From contig NZ_CP042905.2 of assembly GCF_008000775.2 (NCBI RefSeq), positions 1,590,001 through 1,622,000 of the forward strand: DNA of 32,000 nucleotides, given 5' to 3'. Source of the stretch: Promethearchaeum syntrophicum (GTDB taxonomy: Archaea; Asgardarchaeota; Lokiarchaeia; Sigyniarchaeales; Promethearchaeaceae). Shown piece by piece: positions 7,182 to 15,777 of the stretch (positions are counted from its first letter, which is position 1; each line of letters opens with the position of its first letter). The position numbers and the translations under genes are program-made. The notes beneath the pieces are model-generated. The model saw only the letters and a program-made list of their open reading frames with translations, searched no databases and was not told the origin of the DNA.

Positions 7182-9485
7182 GTGGAGAATTATAAGAAAC
7201 AAAATAGAAATAAAAATCCTTCAACGTCATCATTATCCCGTAATTATTCTGGATCAGTTGCGTATTTTACGCCCACAGAATTAGTAGATTGTATTCTTAG
7301 CGGGATTGATTTTTTCCTTCTACATATATATAAGAATTCTTCAGGTATTTGTGGAGATAATTTAGAATTCATTGAACCTGCAGCGGGGTTAATGATTTTT
7401 CCCCTCAAATTGATCGAATATGTAAAAAAAAGGACTAAATCTGAAGAATTTAATGCTTGGATTTCAAAAATTTTATTGAAAAATCTTCATGCATTTGAAA
7501 TCAATCCAGAAATCTATAAATCGGCTAATTTTTTATGGAATCAGAAAATTAAAAACTATCTCCATCTAAAATCTGCAAAAGACTTAAAATCCAATCTCTA
7601 TTGCAAATCTTCTATCAAAATAAACGAAAAAGATGATTCACTGATAAGTAAAATACCCTTTAACTCGAATGATATTTTAATTGTCTTTGGAAATCCCCCT
7701 TATGCTGTAAGTAGCCAAGTTAAATCACCTTGGATCCAAGAATTAATCAATGATTACAAAAAAGACCTTAACAGAGAAGGAAAAAAAAAAATATTGGGTC
7801 TTAAGGGGATTCAAGATGATTATGTGAAATTTATTCGAATGGCGCAATGGAAAATTGTAGACCAAAAAAATGCAGGAATTCTTGCATATGTCGTAAATAA
7901 TTATTTTTTGGATGGAGATATCTTTCGTGGTATGCGGGTATCTCTGAAAAATGCATTCGATGAAATTTGGATTATTAATCTTCACGGTGATCCAAAGAAA
8001 AAACAATCTAATAAAGTGGATGAAAATGTTTTTGACATACAAACAGGAATTTGTCTTTTTTTCGCTCTTAAATATACAAATGAAAAAACATCTTCACGTA
8101 ATGAAAAAAACTGTAAAATTTTCTACAGCGAATGTTTTGGCTCAAAAGCAAAAAAATTAAAATTTCTTAAAAAAAATTTTAGAGAAATTTCATTTCAAAG
8201 CGTCCCTGAGCGTGTAGATCATGAATTTATTCCTATATCTCAAGAAAAAATTGAACTTGAACACAAGTACAATGACTTCCCATATATACCCAAAATATTT
8301 AAAAAAAATATAATAGGGGTTCAAAGTTTACATGATAGTCTTATTACTCACCCAGATTATTCGCGTTTGAAGGAAATTATCAACAACTTCTATGATGGGA
8401 CCTATTCTAAATTGGAGTTCAAAGATAAAAAAGGTCAAAAATGGGTTAAACATCTAGGGGTTTCTTACCACGACGCCAGAGATTGGAAAATTGAGTTCGG
8501 GCTGAAAGGTTCGGTAAAAAAAGCCATAGATAATATTATTAAATGGCAATGGCGTGGATTTGATAGATGGTGGGTTTCCTATGATGAACATTTGATCACT
8601 AAAGGATCCAGTAGTTATAGTTTAATGCAATTCTTGCTTCCACATCAAAACAATTTGGCAATTGGGGTATCCCGAGTTTCGCGAAAAGCATCCGGAGAAA
8701 ATAGCGTATTTATTACAAATACCATTGCTGAATCCCATTTCATTGAGGGTGGATCTGGAATTGGAGATTATCTCTTTCCCTTAAAAATAAAAAGTAATCT
8801 TAAGCGAATAAGTGATTGGGAGCGTCCCTTGAATGCTGAGGAATATAATTTTGATCGCGATTTTCTTGAAAATTGGAAAAAACAATTCGCGCTCGATGAG
8901 GAAGATTTGTTTTATTATATTTATGGTATTTTATGGACTCCTGGATACCGAAATCAGTATGGAATGTTCCTAAAAAAAGATTTCCCGCATATACCCTTTA
9001 TTTTTCAACCGAACCAAACAAAAAAAATTGCTGATATCGGACGAGAATTATGTAAATACCATACTCTTTCTTTTTCTTCTTCAAAAGAGATTCGAGATTG
9101 GCCCATAAATTCGAATTTTTTAGAAAAAACCTACAATATTTACAATATATATTATGATCCAGACCAAGAAAGGATATATTTTGAAAATCCCATTAACAAA
9201 ACAAAAAGGAATGAGAAAACCAGAAATAATCACACTTTTTATTCAAGTGAAACTTTCTGGATAGGGAATATTACTCTTGAAATGTGGTCTTTCTCAATTG
9301 GTGGAATTCCCCAACTTCGTTTATGGCTGAAAAATAGACAATTTACTACAGAAATTAAGAAATATTCCTTCAATAGGGGGATTGACAAGGAAGAACTTCA
9401 TCTTTTCCTTAAAATTTGTATATCGATTAAAAAATCCTTAAATCTAGTTAAAAATCTAGATAAATATTATCAAAATCGGTTGTAA
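7182..9485 (+). CDS. N6-adenine DNA methyltransferase of the type ISP / Eco57I-like lineage with a type-ISP-like C-terminal domain; no nuclease or helicase part
   Basis: 767 aa with a GTG start. YFTPTELVD; motif I-like IEPAAGLMIF (7371..7400); LHAFEINPEIY; motif IV NPPY (7692..7703); DDYVKFIRMA; GILAYVVNNYFLDG...RGMR...FDEIWIINLHGD. The C-terminal WSFSIGGIPQLRLWLKNRQF (9285..9344) matches the 'W.f.iGGy.v..kWLK.R' signature of type ISP/PglX-like C-terminal domains. Confidence 0.75.
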   Translation: MENYKKQNRNKNPSTSSLSRNYSGSVAYFTPTELVDCILSGIDFFLLHIYKNSSGICGDNLEFIEPAAGLMIFPLKLIEYVKKRTKSEEFNAWISKILLKNLHAFEINPEIYKSANFLWNQKIKNYLHLKSAKDLKSNLYCKSSIKINEKDDSLISKIPFNSNDILIVFGNPPYAVSSQVKSPWIQELINDYKKDLNREGKKKILGLKGIQDDYVKFIRMAQWKIVDQKNAGILAYVVNNYFLDGDIFRGMRVSLKNAFDEIWIINLHGDPKKKQSNKVDENVFDIQTGICLFFALKYTNEKTSSRNEKNCKIFYSECFGSKAKKLKFLKKNFREISFQSVPERVDHEFIPISQEKIELEHKYNDFPYIPKIFKKNIIGVQSLHDSLITHPDYSRLKEIINNFYDGTYSKLEFKDKKGQKWVKHLGVSYHDARDWKIEFGLKGSVKKAIDNIIKWQWRGFDRWWVSYDEHLITKGSSSYSLMQFLLPHQNNLAIGVSRVSRKASGENSVFITNTIAESHFIEGGSGIGDYLFPLKIKSNLKRISDWERPLNAEEYNFDRDFLENWKKQFALDEEDLFYYIYGILWTPGYRNQYGMFLKKDFPHIPFIFQPNQTKKIADIGRELCKYHTLSFSSSKEIRDWPINSNFLEKTYNIYNIYYDPDQERIYFENPINKTKRNEKTRNNHTFYSSETFWIGNITLEMWSFSIGGIPQLRLWLKNRQFTTEIKKYSFNRGIDKEELHLFLKICISIKKSLNLVKNLDKYYQNRL

Positions 9486-9543
9486 ACTATTATAAATTCA
9501 TAGAGTATTAAACTATGAGGGATATGATAGCGACCTATAGTTC

Positions 9544-9756
9544 TTAGTGTTGTTGTTGTCTTCGGTTATGCTTTTGGGCATTTATAGAGTTTGCTTGACC
9601 AGCATAACGATGACGAACTACACGTTTTTGATATAATACTTGATTTCTAATTCTTGGAATTCTTTTTGATCGTGAATTTACTCCAGTTCTAGGAACTTTT
9701 GGAGTCAATTGTCTAACTTTTCCTGCTTTGGTTAAACTACCGTGTGAACCTGGCAT
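9544..9756 (-). CDS. rps30e: Ribosomal protein eS30 (S30e)
   Basis: 70 aa, very basic. The HGSLTKAGKVRQLTPKV core matches the eS30 signature HGSLARAGKVR.QTPKV. An AGGAG element sits 13 nt upstream of the ATG. Confidence 0.85.
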   Translation of the reverse strand: MPGSHGSLTKAGKVRQLTPKVPRTGVNSRSKRIPRIRNQVLYQKRVVRHRYAGQANSINAQKHNRRQQQH

Positions 9757-9817
9757 TTTTAATTTATTTCTCCTGTTGATATTTAGTATGAATTAAAAAT
9801 CAAAAAGTTAGGAATCA

Positions 9818-9890
9818 TAGCCTCTCAAGGATTCGAACCTTGGTCAGCGGGGTCAAGGCCCGCGATGCTTGGCCACTACACTAAGAGGCT
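9818..9890 (-). tRNA. tRNA-Gln (anticodon UUG), no intron, CCA not encoded
   Basis: Hand-folded cloverleaf from the reverse complement: AGCCTCT TA GTGT AGTGGCCAA GCAT C GCGGG CCTTGAC CCCGC TGAC CAAGG TTCGAAT CCTTG AGAGGCT A. It has a 7-bp acceptor stem with an A1:U72 pair (typical of archaeal tRNA-Gln), a GTTCGAATC T-arm, and TTG in the middle three positions of the anticodon loop. Confidence 0.8.
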
Positions 9891-9904
9891 TTTCATAGTA
9901 ACTT

Positions 9905-9931
9905 TTTAATATAATTCTTGAAGTATAAAAA
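9905..9931 (-). promoter_or_regulatory. TATA-like elements upstream of the tRNA-Gln / eS30 transcription unit
   Basis: On the minus strand, TTATATTAAAAA lies 13-24 nt and TTTTTATAC lies 33-41 nt upstream of the mature tRNA 5' end. The tRNA and eS30 are co-oriented and 61 nt apart. Confidence 0.3.
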
Positions 9932-10090
9932 GTATCAATTTTAAAAAAGTTTACGTAAATAATATCAGTTGTGAATTAAGATGTCGGTTCTAGACTTCCA
10001 AGGTTATTGGGACTATAATATGAAATTGAATCATTGTAAAAATGAATAGTTTAAAATGTACTGCCAAAAAATGAGAGAAAAAGATAGAAA

Positions 10091-10732
10091 TTAGAAGTTG
10101 AATTTTGATTTCCATTTTTCCTTAAATTTCTGATCACTTTCCGAATTTCTGACTTCATCAGGTAACATTTGAGGAATTGTCTCAAATACGGGGAACCAAC
10201 GATTGCATTTGGGACATTTAATTACTGCTTCATCAATTTCTATATTATATTTGAATAAGTTTAAAAATTCTAAATCTGGGATAATTGATTCATAAATTTT
10301 CAAAATTTCGTCTGAATCTGCTTTAGTGTTATTGGCTTTACTCAATTTGTTTATTTTTCTCAAAGCCTGTTCTAAATTTTCTTTAATGGTTTCTTTACAA
10401 ATTTTTATCGCGATTTCACCTTTCCATTGTGATAAATCATGGACCAAATCAAGTTCTACTAACTTAATATTCAATTCTTGTAGATATACATTAATGGGGG
10501 TGGGTTTTAAAACAAGAAAATCATTAATATAGAGAATATTATCGTCTCGAATTTCTAAATGTAACGGTGTTTCTGATTTTGGTGGTAATACTTGTTTATT
10601 TTTATACATTTCGATGAGTTGATTAATTCTATCATCGATATTTTCCTCATCTTTCCATTTGAATATTGTTAATTCTAAAGGATATGATTTATCAATAGGA
10701 CATGCAAGGATTTCGAGAAGCCAAAGTTTCAT
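10091..10732 (-). CDS. Trm112-like methyltransferase-activator protein with a large internal insertion
   Basis: The two halves of the Trm112 zinc-knuckle fold are separated by about 150 aa. The N-terminal half is MKLWLLEILACPIDKSYPLEL. The C-terminal half is EAVIKCPKCNRWFPVFETIPQMLPDE (compare 'l.C..C.r.YPI.dGIP.ML..E'). The start is set at the internal ATG (10732). The ORF-track start at 10786 adds 18 unlikely residues. Confidence 0.6.
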   Translation of the reverse strand: MKLWLLEILACPIDKSYPLELTIFKWKDEENIDDRINQLIEMYKNKQVLPPKSETPLHLEIRDDNILYINDFLVLKPTPINVYLQELNIKLVELDLVHDLSQWKGEIAIKICKETIKENLEQALRKINKLSKANNTKADSDEILKIYESIIPDLEFLNLFKYNIEIDEAVIKCPKCNRWFPVFETIPQMLPDEVRNSESDQKFKEKWKSKFNF

Positions 10733-10864
10733 TAATAAAGAAAAAAGGGAATTCCTCAAAAATTTTGTGTTATAGGAAAAAATCAAATCAAATTTTGGTT
10801 TAATTTTAAAGAAATTATTAGGAAGAAAAGGAAAAAAAGAAATAGAAATTGACTTATAGTTTTA

Positions 10865-12688
10865 TTAAATGATATAAGCTCGTAGTTCATTAATGTATCG
10901 GTCAATTTTATTCTGAGAAGAAGCCAATTGTTTAATCATATCACTTGATAACCTTTCATAAGCCGCTTTAGAAGGTAGTTTCCCTCTTTTGTAGCGATCT
11001 TTTAGAAGCTTTACGCTATCTTTAACAGATATTTTTTCAGCTTCCAAAAAATCTAGTTTTTGAATAATAGATTGAATTTGACCTCCAGTTTCAATCAAAA
11101 TTCTCTTGAATGGTATAGATTCCTCATTGAGTTCTTTCAATTTATTTTGATAGTTTTTCACAGTTTTTGTGTATACTTTCTTTTGAATACGTTTTCGTCG
11201 CAAATCGCTATCAGCTTTTTCAATATCAAGCAAAATGGCGTTCTTTTCTTCGATTAGAGTGACAAATCGTGTTAATTCCCTGATTGGAACTGACTGTTCA
11301 ATAAAACTTTCTTCGCCCTCTTCGTAATCTTTTCGTTGTTTACGTAAAACAACATAAAGTCCAAATACCATTATAAAAAGCAATGTAAAAATGGTAGCCC
11401 TGCTGATTAACGATGTAAATTTGGTTGAATATGTTATATCAAATAAAACACTGTGATAAGATGTGATTTGGGTATTCAAACGTTCTAATATAATCCCAGA
11501 AGAAGATTGAATTAATTGTGATTCTGGAAAATTCACTCGATCGATTGAAGAAGCACCTAATATTTCAATTTTAATTTTCTGACTTTCAATTATATAATTC
11601 ATGTGGGTTGGGTATAGATCTATTCGTAAATTCTTTGTTCCAAGATTGTTTGTTATATATTCATCATAGGGTAGAGAATATTGTATTTGATAGACCATTG
11701 TGGCATCATATGCTAAAGGCACTCGATTTATTCCTAAATTAATTGTAATAACCTTTCTTCCATATTCATTGAGGTTTGGATTTTCTCCAATCCCGGTTAT
11801 TTCTCCAATAGAATCAGACATTGAAAAATTCAAAGCATCGTGTGGGACTTCAAATTCCAGAGTTGGCGCTATTGCACTTGCATAATTTTTAATCACATGG
11901 TTTTCTGTTACTAGGATATATCCCCAAGGATTGATTCTAATTGTTCGATCTAATTGCAACATACGCAAATATGAAATATAAAAATTCTTATATAAAAAAT
12001 TTCGAGTTTTAGTTTCAAAAGGGGAAATATCTATTCCTTCGAAAACATTATCAGTACCCTCAGTATAACTAACATATTCATCCGGAAAAAATGGATCAAT
12101 CGAAACATCTGTTGAGTCGCTAGGGACATAGGTTGAAATTGTATATGCTTTTATTTCATATGGAGTAATAGGGAATATTTCTAAATCTAAACCCCACCAT
12201 ATGCCTCCTGGTAGATGATAAGTAAAATTTGTATTAAATACGGATTTTAAATTGACCGTAACAAATGAAAATGGTAAGAGAGGTTGATTTAACGTAATTT
12301 CAAGAATATATGACCCGTTTATTTTTCCATCTAATAGTTTACTAGATAAGGGGCTTAAATTTTCATCATTTGTTTCATAATAGAGGAGGTAATTCATATC
12401 CATATCGCTAAACCCGATATATACACTTGCTAACGAACTAGAACGGTTATTTAAAAATTCAAATTTATTCTCAATAATAACATACGCATTATCATTAATT
12501 TCAATAGAACGATTTAATTTTGTGATGTAAACATTTTCAAAAGAGCTTCCTTCCATCGGAGTACTGGAAATAGGAGTTTGTGGAGATTCACTTAGCGATA
12601 CACTCCCATTGAAAAATATTGGAAGTAATAAAAGAGAAAATAGAACACTATAACCAATGTATTTCTGTATTATTTTTATTCGTGACAT
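10865..12688 (-). CDS. Ribophorin I (OST1)-like oligosaccharyltransferase subunit
   Basis: 607 aa. There is an N-terminal signal/anchor (YSVLFSLLLLPIFF), a ~400-aa exoplasmic domain, one TM segment (residues ~429-448) and a ~159-aa charged coiled-coil tail. This is the same topology as RPN1. Collinear matches to human RPN1 recalled from memory: RTIRINPWGYILVTENHVIKN vs [21 protein letters not shown], and YQIQYSLPYDEYI vs YIVGYNLPSYEYL. Confidence 0.7.
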   Translation of the reverse strand: MSRIKIIQKYIGYSVLFSLLLLPIFFNGSVSLSESPQTPISSTPMEGSSFENVYITKLNRSIEINDNAYVIIENKFEFLNNRSSSLASVYIGFSDMDMNYLLYYETNDENLSPLSSKLLDGKINGSYILEITLNQPLLPFSFVTVNLKSVFNTNFTYHLPGGIWWGLDLEIFPITPYEIKAYTISTYVPSDSTDVSIDPFFPDEYVSYTEGTDNVFEGIDISPFETKTRNFLYKNFYISYLRMLQLDRTIRINPWGYILVTENHVIKNYASAIAPTLEFEVPHDALNFSMSDSIGEITGIGENPNLNEYGRKVITINLGINRVPLAYDATMVYQIQYSLPYDEYITNNLGTKNLRIDLYPTHMNYIIESQKIKIEILGASSIDRVNFPESQLIQSSSGIILERLNTQITSYHSVLFDITYSTKFTSLISRATIFTLLFIMVFGLYVVLRKQRKDYEEGEESFIEQSVPIRELTRFVTLIEEKNAILLDIEKADSDLRRKRIQKKVYTKTVKNYQNKLKELNEESIPFKRILIETGGQIQSIIQKLDFLEAEKISVKDSVKLLKDRYKRGKLPSKAAYERLSSDMIKQLASSQNKIDRYINELRAYII

Positions 12689-12824
12689 ACTTAATGACCT
12701 TTTCTTCTGCAGAATTCTTAACTGAAAAATATAGTCCTTGATATATTTAGTATATGGTGCAATTTTTTTTTTGTAAGAAAAAACAAACTTTTTTTTTCTT
12801 CATTAACTAAAAAAACCAATTAAA

Positions 12825-13034
12825 ATGTCTCAAAGAAAAAAAAGTGCTAGACAAAAAAAAAGATCCTCAGATACCCCTATGCCATCAGGAGGAGCTGGAC
12901 TCATCAGATTTTATCAAGATCAGAGTAACGGGATAAAAGTTTCTGCGATAACCGCTATTGTATTTTCCATCCTCTTAATAGTTGTTGTAATTATCGCTCA
13001 AGTTGGTTGGTTAGAATGGTTGCTGGGTAGCTGA
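12825..13034 (+). CDS. secG: Preprotein translocase subunit Sec61beta (archaeal SecG/Sbh)
   Basis: 69 aa. A basic N-terminus is followed by SGGAGLIRFYQDQSNGIKVS (compare Sec61beta S.AGLmRFY.ed.pGlKV) and a single C-terminal TM segment. Confidence 0.85.
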   Translation: MSQRKKSARQKKRSSDTPMPSGGAGLIRFYQDQSNGIKVSAITAIVFSILLIVVVIIAQVGWLEWLLGS

Positions 13035-13204
13035 AGCTAACCTTTAAATAGATCATTTTGAAATGTGATTATAACATAAATTATATTTCTCAAATCCACT
13101 AAAGAACGTAGTTTGGCCGACAGCTTGCTTGATGGGCCAGCTACAGAGTAAAAAAAAATCAAAATCTTCTTTTTTTATATCCATCGAATAGCTTCTTTTT
13201 AATA

Positions 13205-15049
13205 TCACCTTACATCTTCATCTAAAATATCTTGGTCATATTTCTTTCTTTTCTGCTCAAGATATGTTGGAATCGGAACATCCCACCACCCCCAAGCTGG
13301 ACTCCCAGAATGATTTGGACTTCTATTTGTAATAATTTCAATAACTGCTGGACCTGATTGGTTAAATGCTTCTTTTAAGGTTTCTTGGATTTCATCATTC
13401 TTTGAGATACGCTTACTCCAACATCCAAACCCTTTTGCAATATCTGTAAAATTTGGAGTATAAACCTTTCCTTCGGAGTCGCGAAATTCTGTTGCATATC
13501 CTCGTTCTTTTCCATAGACTGCACGTTGAAGGTCCGTTATTGCAAACCATCCCGAGTTATTTAGAATAACTATAACAATATTTAAACCCAATTGTTTTGC
13601 TGTATGCAATTCTTGCATTGTCATCATGAAATCGCCGTCTCCAACCAACCCAACTACTTGTTTATTTGGTTTACCTAGTTTGGCTCCAATTGCTGCAGGA
13701 AGTGTATATCCCATTGTAGAAAATCCACCTGCGGTAATACACGTGTGAGGTTCATAAAATTCAATTTCTTGAATCATTTGTGCTTGTACGTTCCCCGAGC
13801 TAGTTACGATTATTGCATCTCGATCTAGGAATGATCGAACTTCTTTAAGAACACATGAGATCATAACTGGTTCTTGCTTTGGATCTGCCCATTTCTCCAA
13901 AAAAATTTTCCAATTAGATCGAAGAGTTTGTATCTCTTTAAAATATTCTGCATTTTGGTAATCCATCTTTTCATAATTTTGATTTAGTTCAGATAATAAA
14001 TCAATAAGAACTGATTTGGCATCACCAATAATACCAATATCCACGGGATAATTTTTTCCAATTTCATGTGCATCTATATCAACATGTATCAATCGCGTGT
14101 CTTTCTCATCAGTTCCAAAATTCCATGCAACTCCCTTTTTATATGAGCAAGTAGATTCGTCAGCAAATCGAGTTCCCAATGCAATAACCACATCGGCATT
14201 TTTACTTAATTCGATACCACATTTTGTTCCTTTTGATCCAGTTGCCCATCCATAGAGAGGGTGATTATTAGGAAATGCATCTTTTGCCATCATGGTTGTT
14301 AAAACTGGTGCCCCAATGAATTCAGCAAGTTTGATAATTTCTCTTTCTGCATTTGAGGAAATAACACCTCCACCGATCCATATCAATGGTCTTAAAGCAC
14401 GAGTTAGCATTTTTGCGGCATCTTTAATTAAATTGAAGTCACCTCGTTGTATTGCCATCGTTTTTCTCTTAAGAGGGGAAGGTAACGCAAGATCAGATTG
14501 TACACATTGAATATCCATAGGTAAATCAATATGAACGGGACCTTTTCTACCAGTTAACATAATATTGAATGCTCTCTGCATGATTTTAGGTAATTGATTT
14601 ACATTAGCCACTTCAAATTGTCTTTTAACTATAGGTTTAAGGATATCAGGTAAATTACTATCTTTTTTTCTTTCAATTTCTTGTAAAACTCCTACACCAC
14701 GCATATGAACATGAGTATCCCCAGTGATAACTAAAACAGGCATTGAATCCACATAAGCATCTGCTAATCCAATTGCGGTGTTTATTGCACCAGGACCTAT
14801 GCTTGTAAAAACTACTAAGGGTTTTCCAGTTACTCTATAATATCCCACAGCCATATGTACGCCTGCCATTTCTTGTTTTGGTTGAATGACTTTTATTTTG
14901 TCTTTTCGCGTATAAAATGCATCAGTTAACCCTAAACAACCATGTCCAGGAATTCCAAAAACATATGGTATTTTCTCAGCTATTAAATAATCTACAATTA
15001 TTTGTCCTCCCGTTCTGAGCGTATTTGAATGGATGGTCATATTAATCAT
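13205..15049 (-). CDS. Thiamine-pyrophosphate-dependent enzyme, acetolactate synthase large subunit / IolD-like superfamily
   Basis: 614 aa. N-terminal Pyr domain: GGQIIVDYL...VFGIPGHG...SIGPGAINT...PVLVITGD. TPP-binding motif: GDGDFMMTMQELHTAKQLGLNIVIVILNNSGW. The long C-terminal tail (GWWDVPIPTYLEQKRKKY) is not typical of IlvB. Substrate specificity cannot be assigned from sequence alone. Confidence 0.75.
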   Translation of the reverse strand: MINMTIHSNTLRTGGQIIVDYLIAEKIPYVFGIPGHGCLGLTDAFYTRKDKIKVIQPKQEMAGVHMAVGYYRVTGKPLVVFTSIGPGAINTAIGLADAYVDSMPVLVITGDTHVHMRGVGVLQEIERKKDSNLPDILKPIVKRQFEVANVNQLPKIMQRAFNIMLTGRKGPVHIDLPMDIQCVQSDLALPSPLKRKTMAIQRGDFNLIKDAAKMLTRALRPLIWIGGGVISSNAEREIIKLAEFIGAPVLTTMMAKDAFPNNHPLYGWATGSKGTKCGIELSKNADVVIALGTRFADESTCSYKKGVAWNFGTDEKDTRLIHVDIDAHEIGKNYPVDIGIIGDAKSVLIDLLSELNQNYEKMDYQNAEYFKEIQTLRSNWKIFLEKWADPKQEPVMISCVLKEVRSFLDRDAIIVTSSGNVQAQMIQEIEFYEPHTCITAGGFSTMGYTLPAAIGAKLGKPNKQVVGLVGDGDFMMTMQELHTAKQLGLNIVIVILNNSGWFAITDLQRAVYGKERGYATEFRDSEGKVYTPNFTDIAKGFGCWSKRISKNDEIQETLKEAFNQSGPAVIEIITNRSPNHSGSPAWGWWDVPIPTYLEQKRKKYDQDILDEDVR

Positions 15050-15119
15050 TTGAAATTTGGTATGAAAATTTTTAATTCTTTTGTTTCAATTTGAATAATA
15101 TTAGATATTTTGGGGTAAA

Positions 15120-15764
15120 ATGAAAGAAATGGAAATACTAATTTGGATAATATCAATTGTCTTTATTACTCATCTTTTAAATTTACGCTATAACTTCTTA
15201 AAAACAGTGATTACAAAAAGTTTTATAATGATTTTAATCATTGGATTATCTCTATGCGCAAATATTGACAAAATGTTCCCTTTATACGGTATTTTTATTA
15301 GTATTGCACTTATCTTCAGTTTAGCAGGAGATATTTTTTTGGTTGTTGATGGAAATAAATTTTTCCTTCATGGACTTCTTTCATTTGTTCTCGCACATTT
15401 ATTTTATATTATTTCTTTTTTGGTTTTTAACACACCAATTGGAATTATTTCGGTTCAATTTATTGTTGCTTTAATTGTGATCTGCTTGTCAGCAGGAATT
15501 TTTTATAGTTTTTTTTATAAAAAACTTGGAAAAATGAAAATTCCCGTTCTAATCTATTTAATTATCATTGGGATAATGGCTTCTCTATCAATTAGAATAT
15601 CTTGGTTGGTTTTTGCTGGGGCTATTTCTTTTCTTGTATCAGATATGGAGTTAGCTCTAAATAAATTCTATAAACCAATTCCACACAAATCTATTTTTAA
15701 TAGTATTTTTTATTTTCCTGCTCAATTTATCTTTGCTTTAAGTATTTTCCTTCTGTTTAATTAG
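15120..15764 (+). CDS. YhhN/TMEM86-family (lysoplasmalogenase-like) polytopic membrane protein
   Basis: 214 aa with about 7-8 hydrophobic segments. Family-like motifs are AGDIFL, LHGLLSFVLAHLFYI and FLVSDMELALNKF. Confidence 0.55.
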   Translation: MKEMEILIWIISIVFITHLLNLRYNFLKTVITKSFIMILIIGLSLCANIDKMFPLYGIFISIALIFSLAGDIFLVVDGNKFFLHGLLSFVLAHLFYIISFLVFNTPIGIISVQFIVALIVICLSAGIFYSFFYKKLGKMKIPVLIYLIIIGIMASLSIRISWLVFAGAISFLVSDMELALNKFYKPIPHKSIFNSIFYFPAQFIFALSIFLLFN

Positions 15765-15777
15765 GTGAAAAATCAAA

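Noticed and set aside
7182-9485. Calling the methyltransferase part of a complete restriction-modification, BREX or other defence island
   Set aside because: No nuclease, helicase, PglZ, BrxC, specificity subunit or other defence-type gene lies in the flanking 5 kb. The neighbours are a GTPase, eS30 and a tRNA. I report it only as an orphan methyltransferase.
9981-10049. Short intergenic ORFs, e.g. a 22-codon ATG ORF at 9981..10049, checked as possible missed small ribosomal, ubiquitin-like or Sec proteins
   Set aside because: They are too short and have no recognisable motif (no beta-grasp/GG terminus, no basic ribosomal-protein composition). None of the intergenic regions longer than 100 bp contains a convincing small gene.
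10733-10786. ORF-track 5' extensions of the Trm112-like gene (10733..10786), the GPH transporter (18605..18652, TTG) and the HAD hydrolase (23929..23949, TTG)
   Set aside because: In each case an ATG immediately precedes the conserved N-terminal motif (MKLWLLEILACP; METPTEKKKK followed by the first TM segment; MRFEGLIFDCDG). The extensions add non-conserved residues and intrude on promoter-like sequence.
13095-13140. Relatively GC-rich patch (gtttggccgacagcttgcttgatgggccagctacagag) in the AT-rich convergent spacer; considered as a C/D-box sRNA or other ncRNA
   Set aside because: There is only a 5-bp TGGCC/GGCCA stem and an imperfect C-box (TGATGG), with no D box (CTGA) and no k-turn arrangement. 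It is flanked by T-runs on both strands that are better explained as bidirectional terminators.
13205-15049. Specific call of IolD (inositol catabolism), or of acetolactate synthase IlvB, for the TPP enzyme
   Set aside because: Only superfamily motifs can be read by eye. The WWDV tail is suggestive of IolD-like enzymes, but the N-terminus looks ALS-like, and there are no iolB/C/E or ilvN/C genes adjacent. I left the call at superfamily level.
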